From contig JAUQPB010000001.1 of NCBI GenBank assembly GCA_030550585.1, positions 160,001 to 224,000 on the forward strand: 64,000 nucleotides of DNA. The letters run 5' to 3'. Positions within the stretch are counted from its first letter, which is position 1. Each line of letters starts with the position of its first letter. Under the pieces are notes generated by a model. It was not told the origin of the DNA. It saw nothing but the letters and a program-made list of their open reading frames with translations, and did no database searches. Shown here in pieces: positions 1 to 9,905 of the stretch. The stretch comes from Thermoproteota archaeon. GTDB lineage: Archaea > Thermoproteota > Thermoprotei_A > Sulfolobales > Ignisphaeraceae. Made by a program: the position numbers and the translations under genes.

Positions 1-469
1 GTATGTTGTCTCCTCCATCCAAGACGACAAAGGCTCCATAGAAACCCTTTATATGTTTTAGAATAGAGTTTATCGATGACGCTTTAGACTTTCTACCATC
101 TCTATTCACATATATGTAAAGGTTAAACCCTTTTTCAACAACAATGCTAGATAGTTCGAGCACGCTAATAAGAGATTTTTGGTCACAATCTTCAAGAATT
201 GCATAGACATCTACTCTCCCAAGCCTATACCTCTGCCTGCTAATACTCTTGAAAGTCTCCTCTATCGATGTCGCATCCTCCATGTATAGAGGGACAAGAA
301 CAGCTATATCAAACGGATCATCATTATTGCCATTGACACCATTATCTATGCTGATGTTTAGCCAGATCTTATTCTTGAGATTGCTTATAGCACTAAAGAA
401 AGATGGTATTCCATAAACGAAAGACATTATTATAATAGACGCTGGTATATACCAAAACACTGCAAGCAT
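1..469 (-). CDS. Glycosyltransferase family 2-like membrane protein (5' part; runs off window start)
   Basis: Manual translation MLAVFWYIPASIIIMSFVYGIPSFF...DIAVLVPLYMED...SIEETFKSISRQRY...RKSKASSIN...FVVLDGGD gives an N-terminal TM helix then GT2-like motifs. GAGG SD upstream of ATG 469. Confidence 0.65.
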   Translation of the reverse strand, partial: MLAVFWYIPASIIIMSFVYGIPSFFSAISNLKNKIWLNISIDNGVNGNNDDPFDIAVLVPLYMEDATSIEETFKSISRQRYRLGRVDVYAILEDCDQKSLISVLELSSIVVEKGFNLYIYVNRDGRKSKASSINSILKHIKGFYGAFVVLDGGDNI

Positions 470-613
470 TAGCAACAACCTCTAAAAACTGTCTCTACTC
501 CTTAAATATAAGCTTTTAAAACCAATTGGATATCGTATCCATTAGAAAAACAAGGTTTATAAAAAGCCTATCAGCATAGTTCTAAAGAGAGGTATACTAA
601 GAGGTGTAGAGCT

Positions 614-3067
614 ATAGAGACAAACCAACAGTCGTTCAAGCCAAGATTCAATGAAACTAGATGGCGCAAGGAGATAGAGAAGAAGCTTATTGAACAGTGG
701 GAAAAAGAAGGTTTGTTCAACTTCAGATTCGATTCGTCAAAACCGACATTGATAATCGACACACCACCTCCATACATATCAGGCAAGCCACATGTTGGAC
801 AAGCTGCACACTATGTCCAGATAGATATGGTGGCAAGAGCCTATAGAATGCTTGGCTATAATGTCCTCGTTCCATTCTATGGCGACAGAAACGGACTACC
901 CGTTGAGGTATTTGTTGAAAGAACCTATGGAATTAACCCACACGAAGTTGCAAAAACAGCTGAAGGAAGAGAGAAGTTTCTGGAGCTCTGCAAAACACAT
1001 TTAGATAATGTTGAGAAGGACTTCATAAACTTGTGGAGAGCCCTTGGATGCTCTTTCGAGTATTGGAGAGAAGGAACAGACAGTGTTGAATATAGGAAAG
1101 TGACTCAAACAACGTTTATAGAGCTATGGAAAAGAGGTCTGATTTACGAGGCTGAGAGACCCGTTTTGTGGTGTCCACGTTGTGGTACCTCGCTTGCTGA
1201 GGCCGAGGTTGAGTATAAAGAAGAAGATGCTGAAATCTACTACATTAAATTTCCGTTGATAGGCAGTGGAGAGGTTGTTATTGCAACCACAAGGCCAGAG
1301 CTACTAGCCTCTTGCCTAATCTTAGCATACAATCCAAATGATGCTAGATACAAGCATCTGAAGGGTAGAAAGGCCCTTGTACCACTCTACAACTATGAAA
1401 TAAATATCGTTGAACACCCATCTGTAGACCCCTCTTTCGGCACGGGTATTATGATGATTTGTAGCTATGGTGATCAAACAGATGTTAGGATAATTAGAGA
1501 GCTTGGTTTAAAGCCTAGAATATCGATTGATGAAAGGGGTAGGCTAACAGATGAGCTGCTAAAGGGCTTGAGCATCAAAGAGGCTAGGAAGACCATTGTG
1601 AATATGCTGAGAGAAAAAGGATTTATTGTGAAGACAGAGAAGATTAAGAGAAATGTGCCAGTTTGTTGGCGGTGTGGAACACCGATAGAGATAATCCATA
1701 TGAGGGAATATTTCCTAAAACAGCTGGAATTCAAAGATGCTATGCTGAAGATAGCTAAAGAAGCTAGATTCGTTCCCGAGGAGCACAGAATTAAGTTGAT
1801 TAACTGGATAGAGTCTATAACAATGGATTGGCCAATCTCTAAAACAAGATACTATGCAACCGAGGTACCTACATGGAGATGCCTAAACTGTGGAGCTATT
1901 CTAGTGCCAGAGCCTGGGAGATACTATAGACCATGGAAAGAGCCTCCACCGTGGGATAAATGCCCATACTGTGGAGCGCCAAAGGATAGGATAGTAGGTG
2001 AGACCAAGGTATTCGACACATGGTTCGACTCATCAATATCTGTTCTCTACGCAGCTGGAATAACGAAGTATCCCAATGTCTTCAAGCTATACCTAAATGG
2101 AGATGCAAAGGCTTTGAGACCACAAGGATACGATATAATAAGGACATGGCTTTACTACAGCCTGTTGAGAGTATACCAGCTTTATGGAAAAATAGCCTTT
2201 GACTATATTAGAGTAAGTGGTATGGGTCTCGACGAAAGAGGAGAGGCAATGCACAAGAGCAAGGGCAATGTTATTCTCCCAGACCCCTACCTAGAGAAAT
2301 ACGGCGCGGACTCCTTCAGATTTTGGAGCGCGATGGCATCTAAGCTAGGCAGTGACTACAGGTTCTCAGAGCAGATGATAAAAACAGGTTCGCTATTCGT
2401 TGTAAAGCTTTTGAACATAGCGAGATTTGTATCGGCATTCCCAATAATCGAGAAGGTTGAAGTTCTTTATCCTCTTGACATAGCGCTTTTGGCAAAGCTC
2501 AACAATGTAATAGAAGTTGTTAGAAGAGGATATGAAAACATGGACTTCTACGAGCCCATCCACCAAATATACCACTTCACATGGGATATATTCGCAGACC
2601 ACTATCTAGAAATGGTTAAGCATAGAGCGTATGGCACTGCAAAAAGTGATTATACAGAGCTTGAACAGAAAAGCGCTTGGTTCACCCTACACACCACTTT
2701 GAAATCGATTCTACTTCTGCTTGCACCCATAATGCCATTTGTAACAGACTATATATGGAGGAACATGTATGGAGAGACCTCTATACACTTAGAGATGCTA
2801 CCATCAAAAATTGCTCTACCCGAAAACGCTGAGAACCTAAGCAAATTATTTGATTTGGTGATGAATATAAACAGTGCTATCTGGAAATACAAGAAAGAGA
2901 ACAACATTAGATTTTCAGAAGAGCTCAAAGCCACTTTGTACATACCAAAAGAGCTTGAGATGTTCGCAAAAGACATTAAAAATCTGCACAAGGTGGTCAA
3001 AGTAGATTTTGGAATACCTGAAAAACCGTTTGTAGAGCTAGGCTATGGAGCTTTTCTAAAAATTTGA
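614..3067 (+). CDS. valS: Valyl-tRNA synthetase
   Basis: DTPPPY, HIGH variant HVGQ, ATTRPE, DTWFDSS, KMSKS variant AMHKS. The ORF track starts at TTG 713, but the frame is open upstream (FKPRFNETRWRKEIEKKLIEQWEKEG) to an ATA at 614 behind a GAGGTG SD. Confidence 0.96.
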   Translation: METNQQSFKPRFNETRWRKEIEKKLIEQWEKEGLFNFRFDSSKPTLIIDTPPPYISGKPHVGQAAHYVQIDMVARAYRMLGYNVLVPFYGDRNGLPVEVFVERTYGINPHEVAKTAEGREKFLELCKTHLDNVEKDFINLWRALGCSFEYWREGTDSVEYRKVTQTTFIELWKRGLIYEAERPVLWCPRCGTSLAEAEVEYKEEDAEIYYIKFPLIGSGEVVIATTRPELLASCLILAYNPNDARYKHLKGRKALVPLYNYEINIVEHPSVDPSFGTGIMMICSYGDQTDVRIIRELGLKPRISIDERGRLTDELLKGLSIKEARKTIVNMLREKGFIVKTEKIKRNVPVCWRCGTPIEIIHMREYFLKQLEFKDAMLKIAKEARFVPEEHRIKLINWIESITMDWPISKTRYYATEVPTWRCLNCGAILVPEPGRYYRPWKEPPPWDKCPYCGAPKDRIVGETKVFDTWFDSSISVLYAAGITKYPNVFKLYLNGDAKALRPQGYDIIRTWLYYSLLRVYQLYGKIAFDYIRVSGMGLDERGEAMHKSKGNVILPDPYLEKYGADSFRFWSAMASKLGSDYRFSEQMIKTGSLFVVKLLNIARFVSAFPIIEKVEVLYPLDIALLAKLNNVIEVVRRGYENMDFYEPIHQIYHFTWDIFADHYLEMVKHRAYGTAKSDYTELEQKSAWFTLHTTLKSILLLLAPIMPFVTDYIWRNMYGETSIHLEMLPSKIALPENAENLSKLFDLVMNINSAIWKYKKENNIRFSEELKATLYIPKELEMFAKDIKNLHKVVKVDFGIPEKPFVELGYGAFLKI

Positions 3068-3080
3068 TTTGTGAAACAAA

Positions 3081-3614
3081 ATGGTTTTTATAGTTGTTGA
3101 CATAGCTGTTGAAGAGTCTTTTGGCCTCATCAAGGCTAGTAGAGTATTGAGAGACTGTGGCGTTGACCCAAAAAACATGCGCATCGACACATTTTACAAC
3201 ACCATTAGAATAATAGTAAACGATGTGAGCAAAATCCAGTGTGTCTCAAAAGTTAAGGGTTATGCCACACTCGAGATAAGGTCTGTATTCAGATGCGAAA
3301 ACATTGAAAATGTTTTTGCCAAAGCTGGTTTTGTGAAAGCGCCAAAGGCTTTCCAGCGCATAGTAGGCTATATACCAACCAATGATGGAACTGTAATCAT
3401 ACAGAGGACTTCAAAAAGAGACGTCTACCTAGCCAAGGCATGTACAGCTAGAAGAATTGAGCTTCCTCTGCCATCATCGGCATGCATAATAGCTGTTAAT
3501 AGCGATGCCGATTTAGAAAAAGCGAAAAAAATTGCGGTGTATTTGAACCAGCTAGAGAAAATGCTTGAAAATTTGTGTCAGTCAGCTTCTACTAGTGGTG
3601 TAGACAACCAATAG
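3081..3614 (+). CDS. Hypothetical protein
   Basis: 177-aa ORF 13 nt after valS on the same strand; no motif recognised. Confidence 0.7.
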   Translation: MVFIVVDIAVEESFGLIKASRVLRDCGVDPKNMRIDTFYNTIRIIVNDVSKIQCVSKVKGYATLEIRSVFRCENIENVFAKAGFVKAPKAFQRIVGYIPTNDGTVIIQRTSKRDVYLAKACTARRIELPLPSSACIIAVNSDADLEKAKKIAVYLNQLEKMLENLCQSASTSGVDNQ

Positions 3615-3908
3615 ACTGTCTATGTAATCGAGGATATAGTATTCAATTGTGTCTGCCTCCTCATGCTCAACAACAATTATTGGTAGTCCCCCTGTTGAGA
3701 TTCCCTGTTTAGCCAAGGCAACTAAGATCTTCCCAAAAGACTCAAGATCTTTTACAAAAACCTTTATGCATCGGTTGTCAGGGCATATGGGCTTTCCCTT
3801 AGCAAATACTATTGCTCCGCTTACCCCCAGCTCCGTTTCAATACTTGAAACCAGTTCGTAAACCCTTTTTCTATTCTCCATATTATAGACCGCAAAAATT
3901 TTAGTCAT
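3582..3908 (-). CDS. Hypothetical protein
   Basis: 108-aa ORF with protein-like composition, divergent from the HD gene. Confidence 0.65.
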   Translation of the reverse strand: MTKIFAVYNMENRKRVYELVSSIETELGVSGAIVFAKGKPICPDNRCIKVFVKDLESFGKILVALAKQGISTGGLPIIVVEHEEADTIEYYILDYIDSLLVVYTTSRS

Positions 3909-3938
3909 GTAGAAACTTTTTATAGGTTGTGGCAGACC

Positions 3939-4724
3939 ATGGTTGTTGTATCACCAAATTTGATAAACTATCATATCTCGTCGTCGAGCCTTCTCAAAGA
4001 AGCCTATCAAGCAATTGAAAGTGATGAGGAGCTCTCAACTCTTTTGAAGATGAGCAATATAATGGCTGTAACCAGACTGAGGTACAATGACCATGGCCTC
4101 ACACATGCTAGGATAGTTGCTGGTGTGGCACTAGAAATGGTTGATATATTGAATAGCCATGGCGTTGAGTTCACAACTATGAGAGATGGGACAACAAAGA
4201 ACATTGATGAGGTCAAGCTTATTGTGATGCTCACCGGATACATGCATGACATTGGAAACGCCGTGCACAGGTTTCAACATGAGTTTATAGGTGCTTTGCT
4301 AGCCAAAGATATTTTGAATAGAATTCTGACCCGGCTTGGATTTGACAGGAAAAGAGTTGTTGAATTGCGCCAAGAGGTTATGCATATGATATACTCTACC
4401 GAGTACAATGTTCAGTGCCTAACAATAGAATGTGGAATAACTAAAGTAGCTGACGGACTTGACATGGCTGAGGGGAGGGCCAGGATACCATACAAACTCG
4501 GGAAAATCGATATGCATGCCATTTCAGCGCTAAGCATAAAGCGTGTTGAGATTGAAAGAGGTGATTCAAAGCCTATTAGAGTGTCTGTCTACATGGGTGA
4601 TATGGCTGGGCTTTTCCAGCTTGAGGTTGTTCTAATGCCAAAAATTAGAACGAGTCTATTGGGCGATTATATAGAGATCTTCGTGTATACAGATTCTAAA
4701 CAGTTTAGATACTATCCAAAGTAG
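3939..4724 (+). CDS. HD-domain metal-dependent phosphohydrolase (COG3294-like)
   Basis: YNDHGLTHARIV, MHDIGN..H...H, VADGLDM..GRAR motifs. Confidence 0.88.
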   Translation: MVVVSPNLINYHISSSSLLKEAYQAIESDEELSTLLKMSNIMAVTRLRYNDHGLTHARIVAGVALEMVDILNSHGVEFTTMRDGTTKNIDEVKLIVMLTGYMHDIGNAVHRFQHEFIGALLAKDILNRILTRLGFDRKRVVELRQEVMHMIYSTEYNVQCLTIECGITKVADGLDMAEGRARIPYKLGKIDMHAISALSIKRVEIERGDSKPIRVSVYMGDMAGLFQLEVVLMPKIRTSLLGDYIEIFVYTDSKQFRYYPK

Positions 4725-5421
4725 GGAAGCTTGTAAAACACCGGATGTTTAGAGAAGACGAGCAAACATCTCTAATTTCACCCCCTCTATTTATTGAAAG
4801 TGTTAGCGATTCATAGTCTCTCCATGTAGGTATGCCAACTCTATACATGCAAAAAGATCCTTGAGCACTGTGCACACATCCGCCGAGCCCCCTCCCAGCG
4901 ATAACGTCCCTCATGGAGAGCAAATCTTTTTTAGATGGTATAGGTGGATATCCCCTTGGGTGTGTATGTGCAATGAATACAATATCCTCTATATGGGGTA
5001 TGTAAACAGTTTTTTCAAAGCCTTGAACAACTATCGATATTCCCTTAGCCAACACAACCTCCATATACTCAACATCCTCAAATAGATGTTTGTGGAGATG
5101 TGTTTTGGTAATATTGTAAAAGGCATTGAAAAGTTTTTGCAGAATGGATGAAAGACTTGTGTTTAGACATTCTGCCTCCTCTTCACAAACAAATTCAATG
5201 TTTCTTCCAAGGATATGCTCCCTACTGTTGCACAGCTTATCATCTCCGAGAACCCGAACCTTGACGGTATTTCCCTCGAAGATATCACCATCTATACAAA
5301 AGCTTATGGGCCTCTTCTCTTCGAGCATATCCTCAATAATGTATTCAACATGTGTTAGAATATTGTATGCCTCTACATACTTAGCAAGATCTTTGTCATC
5401 GATAATCTTCTCGTATTTCAT
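4705..5421 (-). CDS. JAB/MPN+-like metalloprotein
   Basis: E...IAHTHPRGYPPIPSKKDL matches the HxH-x7-S-x2-D JAMM signature; lies 12 nt downstream of the carboxyltransferase. Confidence 0.65.
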   Translation of the reverse strand: MKYEKIIDDKDLAKYVEAYNILTHVEYIIEDMLEEKRPISFCIDGDIFEGNTVKVRVLGDDKLCNSREHILGRNIEFVCEEEAECLNTSLSSILQKLFNAFYNITKTHLHKHLFEDVEYMEVVLAKGISIVVQGFEKTVYIPHIEDIVFIAHTHPRGYPPIPSKKDLLSMRDVIAGRGLGGCVHSAQGSFCMYRVGIPTWRDYESLTLSINRGGEIRDVCSSSLNIRCFTSFPTLDSI

Positions 5422-5433
5422 AATAAAATGCCT

Positions 5434-7002
5434 TTAGAGCGGCATTAAACCATGTTTCTTTGGAGGTCTTGGCCTAATATCTCTCTTCGTTATAAAGAAG
5501 TTTAGCGCCTCTACTAAGACCCTCCTCGTCTCAGCGGGCTCTATAATTGCATCGATATACCCTCTAGAGGCGGCGTAGTAAGGTGTTGTAAGCTTCTTTC
5601 TATACTCTTCAACAAGCTTCTTCAACATTTCTTCACGCTCCTTCTCATCTTTTATAGCCTGCAGCTCTTTGCGCCACACTATCTCGGCTGCTGCCTCCGG
5701 CCCCATGACGGCTATCTCGGCTGTTGGCCACGCAACAACAAAGTCTGCTCCAAGGTGTTTTGAGCCCAGAGCTATGTAGGCTCCTCCATAGGCTTTTCTG
5801 ACAATCACAGTTAGCTTTGGTGTTGTAGCCTCTGCATATGCATATATGATCTTTGCCCCGTGTCTGATGATACCTCTATGCTCCTGGAATGTTCCAGGTA
5901 AGAAGCCTGGCACATCAACGAATGTTACTATTGGTAGGTTGAAGGAGTCGCAAAATCTCACAAACCTTGCTATCTTATCGGATGAGTCTATGTCTAGAGA
6001 CCCCATGTAGTAGAGCGGCTGGTTTGCAACAACACATATAGAATATCCATCAAGTCTGGCAAACCCCACTATAGCGTTTTTAGCGAAATCCTTTTGAACC
6101 TCGAAGAACGTGTTTCTATCTACAACAGCATTTATTATGTCATACATGTTGTATGGCTTTGCAGGATCTTCTGGAACAATGTTGTTTAGCATAGGCTCTA
6201 ATCTCTGTGGATCATCGCCAACTTCTACCCTAGGCGGAAGCTCTAGACTATTTGATGGCAGGTACGAGAGAAGTGTCTTAACAATCTCTATAGCCTCTTT
6301 ATCATCCCTCGCAACAAAGTGTGCCACACCACTCTTGCTAGCCTGTATCTCAGCCCCTCCAAGCTCATACTCTGTGACCTCCTCACCTATAGCAGCTTTA
6401 ACCACCTTTGGCCCTGTTATAAACATATAAGATGTTTTAGAAACCATTATGATAAAGTCCATTAGAGCTGGCGAGTAGACAGCACCACCAGCACAAGGAC
6501 CCATTATAACGGCTATCTGTGGTATCGAGCCGGAAGCCAATACATTCATATAGAATATGTCGCCATAGCCTTTTAGCGAGTCCACCCCCTCCTGGATCCT
6601 AGCACCGCCAGAGTCGTTCAGAAAAACCACTGGAACACCAACACTCAAAGCAAACTGCATAGCCTTAACAATTTTCGCTGCATGCATCTCACCCACAGAT
6701 CCACCCATAAATGTAAAGTCTTGTGCAATACCAACAACGTTTCTGCCATTGACCTTGCCAAACGCTGTTACAACACCATCTCCAAAAGCTTTTTTCTCGC
6801 TCATACCAAACTCTGTAGCCCTATGTGTCACAAACATGTCGAACTCTGTGTAAATACCATTGTCAAACAGCAGCTCTAGCCTCTCCCTTGCCGTGAGTTT
6901 GCCGGCTGCATGCTGCCTGTTTATCGCCTCAAGACCGCCTCCAAGCTTTGCTTTCTCAATGTTTTTCTTCAGCTCCTCTATCTCCTTCCTCGCAAAATCC
7001 AT
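5434..7002 (-). CDS. Acyl-CoA carboxylase/decarboxylase carboxyltransferase subunit (PccB/MmdA-like)
   Basis: GKLTARER, DSGGARIQEG, GPCAGGAVYSPAL, DVPGFLPG..QE..GIIRHGAK, C-terminal KKHG. Confidence 0.95.
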   Translation of the reverse strand: MDFARKEIEELKKNIEKAKLGGGLEAINRQHAAGKLTARERLELLFDNGIYTEFDMFVTHRATEFGMSEKKAFGDGVVTAFGKVNGRNVVGIAQDFTFMGGSVGEMHAAKIVKAMQFALSVGVPVVFLNDSGGARIQEGVDSLKGYGDIFYMNVLASGSIPQIAVIMGPCAGGAVYSPALMDFIIMVSKTSYMFITGPKVVKAAIGEEVTEYELGGAEIQASKSGVAHFVARDDKEAIEIVKTLLSYLPSNSLELPPRVEVGDDPQRLEPMLNNIVPEDPAKPYNMYDIINAVVDRNTFFEVQKDFAKNAIVGFARLDGYSICVVANQPLYYMGSLDIDSSDKIARFVRFCDSFNLPIVTFVDVPGFLPGTFQEHRGIIRHGAKIIYAYAEATTPKLTVIVRKAYGGAYIALGSKHLGADFVVAWPTAEIAVMGPEAAAEIVWRKELQAIKDEKEREEMLKKLVEEYRKKLTTPYYAASRGYIDAIIEPAETRRVLVEALNFFITKRDIRPRPPKKHGLMPL

Positions 7003-7133
7003 TTAAACACCACATTCAAAGACATGCGGAGACAGCGATAAATAAGACTTACTAAAGTGTATTCAAGATCGAGGTTCTTCAATAGGATTTAGAGCCAAGA
7101 TAAACTGCATTTGTCTTTGGTGCTTCGAAAATG

Positions 7134-8675
7134 CTACATAATCTTAGAGAGTATGTGAAGAACCTCCTCCCTAAGCTTGTCAACGCTTATAGCTTTCTGT
7201 CGCAGATATTCGGCCAGATCCTCTAACTCTTTTGCAATTTCGTCTAGGAAGAAGTTTTCTCTAATCCATTTCGCCAAATCTCTTCTCATAATGTGGTAGG
7301 CTAGCGACTCCGGTGGCACCATCTTTATTAGGGCTTCCAGCTCTTTAATCGTCCGAGCCTTGTAAGGCAGCGGTCTTCCAGGACCTTGGTAAAAGTGGAA
7401 AGCTTTTTTGTCTGGAACAACAATCTTTTTTGCATATACCAATGGTTTTGAGGACACCTCCTCAAGAACAATTGTGGCGAGCATTGTTAGTGCCTCTAAA
7501 TATGTTGTGTAAGCCACTACAACATCTTTATAGGGAGAGAAGTAGTTATGCACATCTCCTGCAGCACCTGTTTTTGTGGCTATGTAGTATAGGTGGTCGC
7601 TTGATCCGAGCTGCCTCCAGATTCTAAGAGCCTCGCCTCCAACAGCTTTTACATATGGCTCGAGGCTCGCATAATACTCGAATAGAGTTTTCTGAAAGCT
7701 GTTGCCAAGCCATGCTGATAAATCTCTTTCATCAGCCCAGCTTATTGTTTCCCAGACACTGACATCTATATAGTCCCTTGGACTATTTCTATAAGCTGCT
7801 TCGTAAGGAGATGCCACATATATATTGTCATGTTTTGCAATTTCAATTGGAAGCCACTTTAGAAACTCTAGTATCCCTGTCGATGGGTGGTGATGCTCTC
7901 CAAAAGTTTCATAATCTATGGCCACTAGTATCACATCTCCAAAGGTTTTCGAAAGCCAATATGCATATTTATCAGCTGTTAATGGATATTGATCCCAGTT
8001 CCTATCCGAGAATCTAAATCCTATATCATCGCTAAGTCTGTAGTTCCTCATTAAAATCCTTACATCGCATCCTCTAGCGCTATAGACATAGTTTGGGCTT
8101 CTCCAGCCAAGAACCCTTTCCACACCCTCAGTTAGAACAACCTTGTAGCCAAGTCTGCTCAATGTACACGCAATTTCATTGTTGTATATGAACTCAGTGT
8201 TCTCTGCAACCCTAGGTGTGACACCAAAAACCTCTTTAATCAATGTTCTGTGGAGTTCTACCTGCTCAACAAATTCATCTACAGAGAAGAGCGATGCTAA
8301 ACTGTGATAATATGTTTGCTCAACAAGCTCAACAGCATCCTCTGCTACAGCCTCGCTAATAACGTCTATAACCCTTCTATCCCACTTCATTGCCTGCTCT
8401 ACTAGCACACCACTTAAACTCATTGAAAATTTGAAGTCCTTCCCCATTTTCCTAACATTTCTGATGCTCTCCAAAAGTATTTTCGTGGCCTTCACATAAC
8501 ATCTTTCAGCAACTCTAGTGAATATACTTCTGTTTGTCTCATCATCGAATATTACATCGGAGAGATTATCCAGAGACAGTCTTTTTCTATTGCCATTAAA
8601 AAGAATGTGCTTAAGCAAATCTCTTCTCAACCTGTAAGGCTGATGCAACTCAAACATGAAGACAACGTCAACCAT
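7134..8675 (-). CDS. GH57 alpha-amylase with C-terminal DUF5752-like domain
   Basis: ELHQPYRL, ENTEFIY, DYETFGEH, SWADERD, SDHLYY; C-terminal FHFY...SLAYH...DLAKWI. GGAGGTGA SD before ATG 8675. Confidence 0.9.
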   Translation of the reverse strand: MVDVVFMFELHQPYRLRRDLLKHILFNGNRKRLSLDNLSDVIFDDETNRSIFTRVAERCYVKATKILLESIRNVRKMGKDFKFSMSLSGVLVEQAMKWDRRVIDVISEAVAEDAVELVEQTYYHSLASLFSVDEFVEQVELHRTLIKEVFGVTPRVAENTEFIYNNEIACTLSRLGYKVVLTEGVERVLGWRSPNYVYSARGCDVRILMRNYRLSDDIGFRFSDRNWDQYPLTADKYAYWLSKTFGDVILVAIDYETFGEHHHPSTGILEFLKWLPIEIAKHDNIYVASPYEAAYRNSPRDYIDVSVWETISWADERDLSAWLGNSFQKTLFEYYASLEPYVKAVGGEALRIWRQLGSSDHLYYIATKTGAAGDVHNYFSPYKDVVVAYTTYLEALTMLATIVLEEVSSKPLVYAKKIVVPDKKAFHFYQGPGRPLPYKARTIKELEALIKMVPPESLAYHIMRRDLAKWIRENFFLDEIAKELEDLAEYLRQKAISVDKLREEVLHILSKIM

Positions 8676-8792
8676 CTTAATCACCTCCAATTCAATATCT
8701 AGAGATTATTCGACACAAATGTAGTTGAATGATGAAATAGGTTTATTAACTTACTCCCTTCATGGCATAACAAACCCCGCTCTGTGACTAAA

Positions 8793-9851
8793 ATGAACAG
8801 AGACGTAAACACAGAGAAAAACCCGTATTTTGTAGAAAAACTGAAGACATTTGAAATTAGGAGTAGAAGTGTCAAGGAGCTACTAAGAGATATGGCAAAT
8901 ACAGCATATCAGGGTAGGGCGCTGGGAGAGGTATACGAAATAATAGTTGATATGATTAGAGATCCAGATAACACCATATTTCTAGGGCTGGCAGGCTCTA
9001 TGAGCACAGCTGGAATGTGGAAGATAATCAAATGGCTTGTTGAGAAAAGATATGTCGATGTTGTTGTCTCTACCGGTGCAAACATATCTGAGGATATCTA
9101 CGAGGCTATGGGCTTTAGCTACTACAAAGGCTCTCCCAATGTAGATGATGCAGACCTCCTAAGGTATAAAATAGATAGGTTCTACGACGTCTTTGCAAGT
9201 GAGATTGACTATAGAAAGATGGAGAATCTCATAAAGGAGTTCATATACACCCTGCCAAAGGGATCTCAATACTCAACAGCAGAGTTTCTACACCTATTCG
9301 GCAAATACCTAAATGAGAAAGGGATAGACTGCATAGTATCAGCTGCATATAGAGCTGGCGTCCCAGTTTTCTCGCCAGCTCTAGTAGATAGTGGTTATGG
9401 GGTTGCAGCTGTTTTGGCCGTAAGGGAGAGAGGACATAATATAGTTCTCGACATGGTGAAAGACTTCAACCAAATTGTTGAGATTGGTAGAAGAGCCAAA
9501 AAGATGTCTGCTATATACATAGGTGGTGGGGTTCCAAAGGATTATGTAAATCTGGTGACCGTTATGCAAACACTTATAGATTATATGGAGAAGGGTGAGG
9601 AAACGTACAAGTCATTAGAATACGTAGTTCAAATAACCATGGACGCCCCTCAGTGGGGTGGGCTTTCAGGAGCCACTTTAGAAGAGGCTGTTAGCTGGGG
9701 TAAGGTATCGCCAAAAGCCAAGAAAAGGGTTGTATATGTTGATGCTACAATAGCTCTTCCGCTAATAGCCCAAGCCTTGTACGAGGAGGACATAGAGAGG
9801 AAAAACGCTCCGAACTTCGAATGGCTTTTCAAGAGCGTCAGCATTTCATAA
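8793..9851 (+). CDS. dys: Deoxyhypusine synthase
   Basis: GLAGSMS, STGAN, IGGGVPK, GGLSGATLEEAVSWGK, DATIALP. Confidence 0.92.
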   Translation: MNRDVNTEKNPYFVEKLKTFEIRSRSVKELLRDMANTAYQGRALGEVYEIIVDMIRDPDNTIFLGLAGSMSTAGMWKIIKWLVEKRYVDVVVSTGANISEDIYEAMGFSYYKGSPNVDDADLLRYKIDRFYDVFASEIDYRKMENLIKEFIYTLPKGSQYSTAEFLHLFGKYLNEKGIDCIVSAAYRAGVPVFSPALVDSGYGVAAVLAVRERGHNIVLDMVKDFNQIVEIGRRAKKMSAIYIGGGVPKDYVNLVTVMQTLIDYMEKGEETYKSLEYVVQITMDAPQWGGLSGATLEEAVSWGKVSPKAKKRVVYVDATIALPLIAQALYEEDIERKNAPNFEWLFKSVSIS

Positions 9852-9905
9852 ACTTATATCTTGGTGTCCAAGTGAAAACATTTTTGAAACCGGTGCAGTT
9901 TTTCG

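Noticed and set aside
790-2270. ValRS signature variants HVGQ and AMHKS
   Set aside because: Deviations of this kind occur in crenarchaeal ValRS; the frame is intact.
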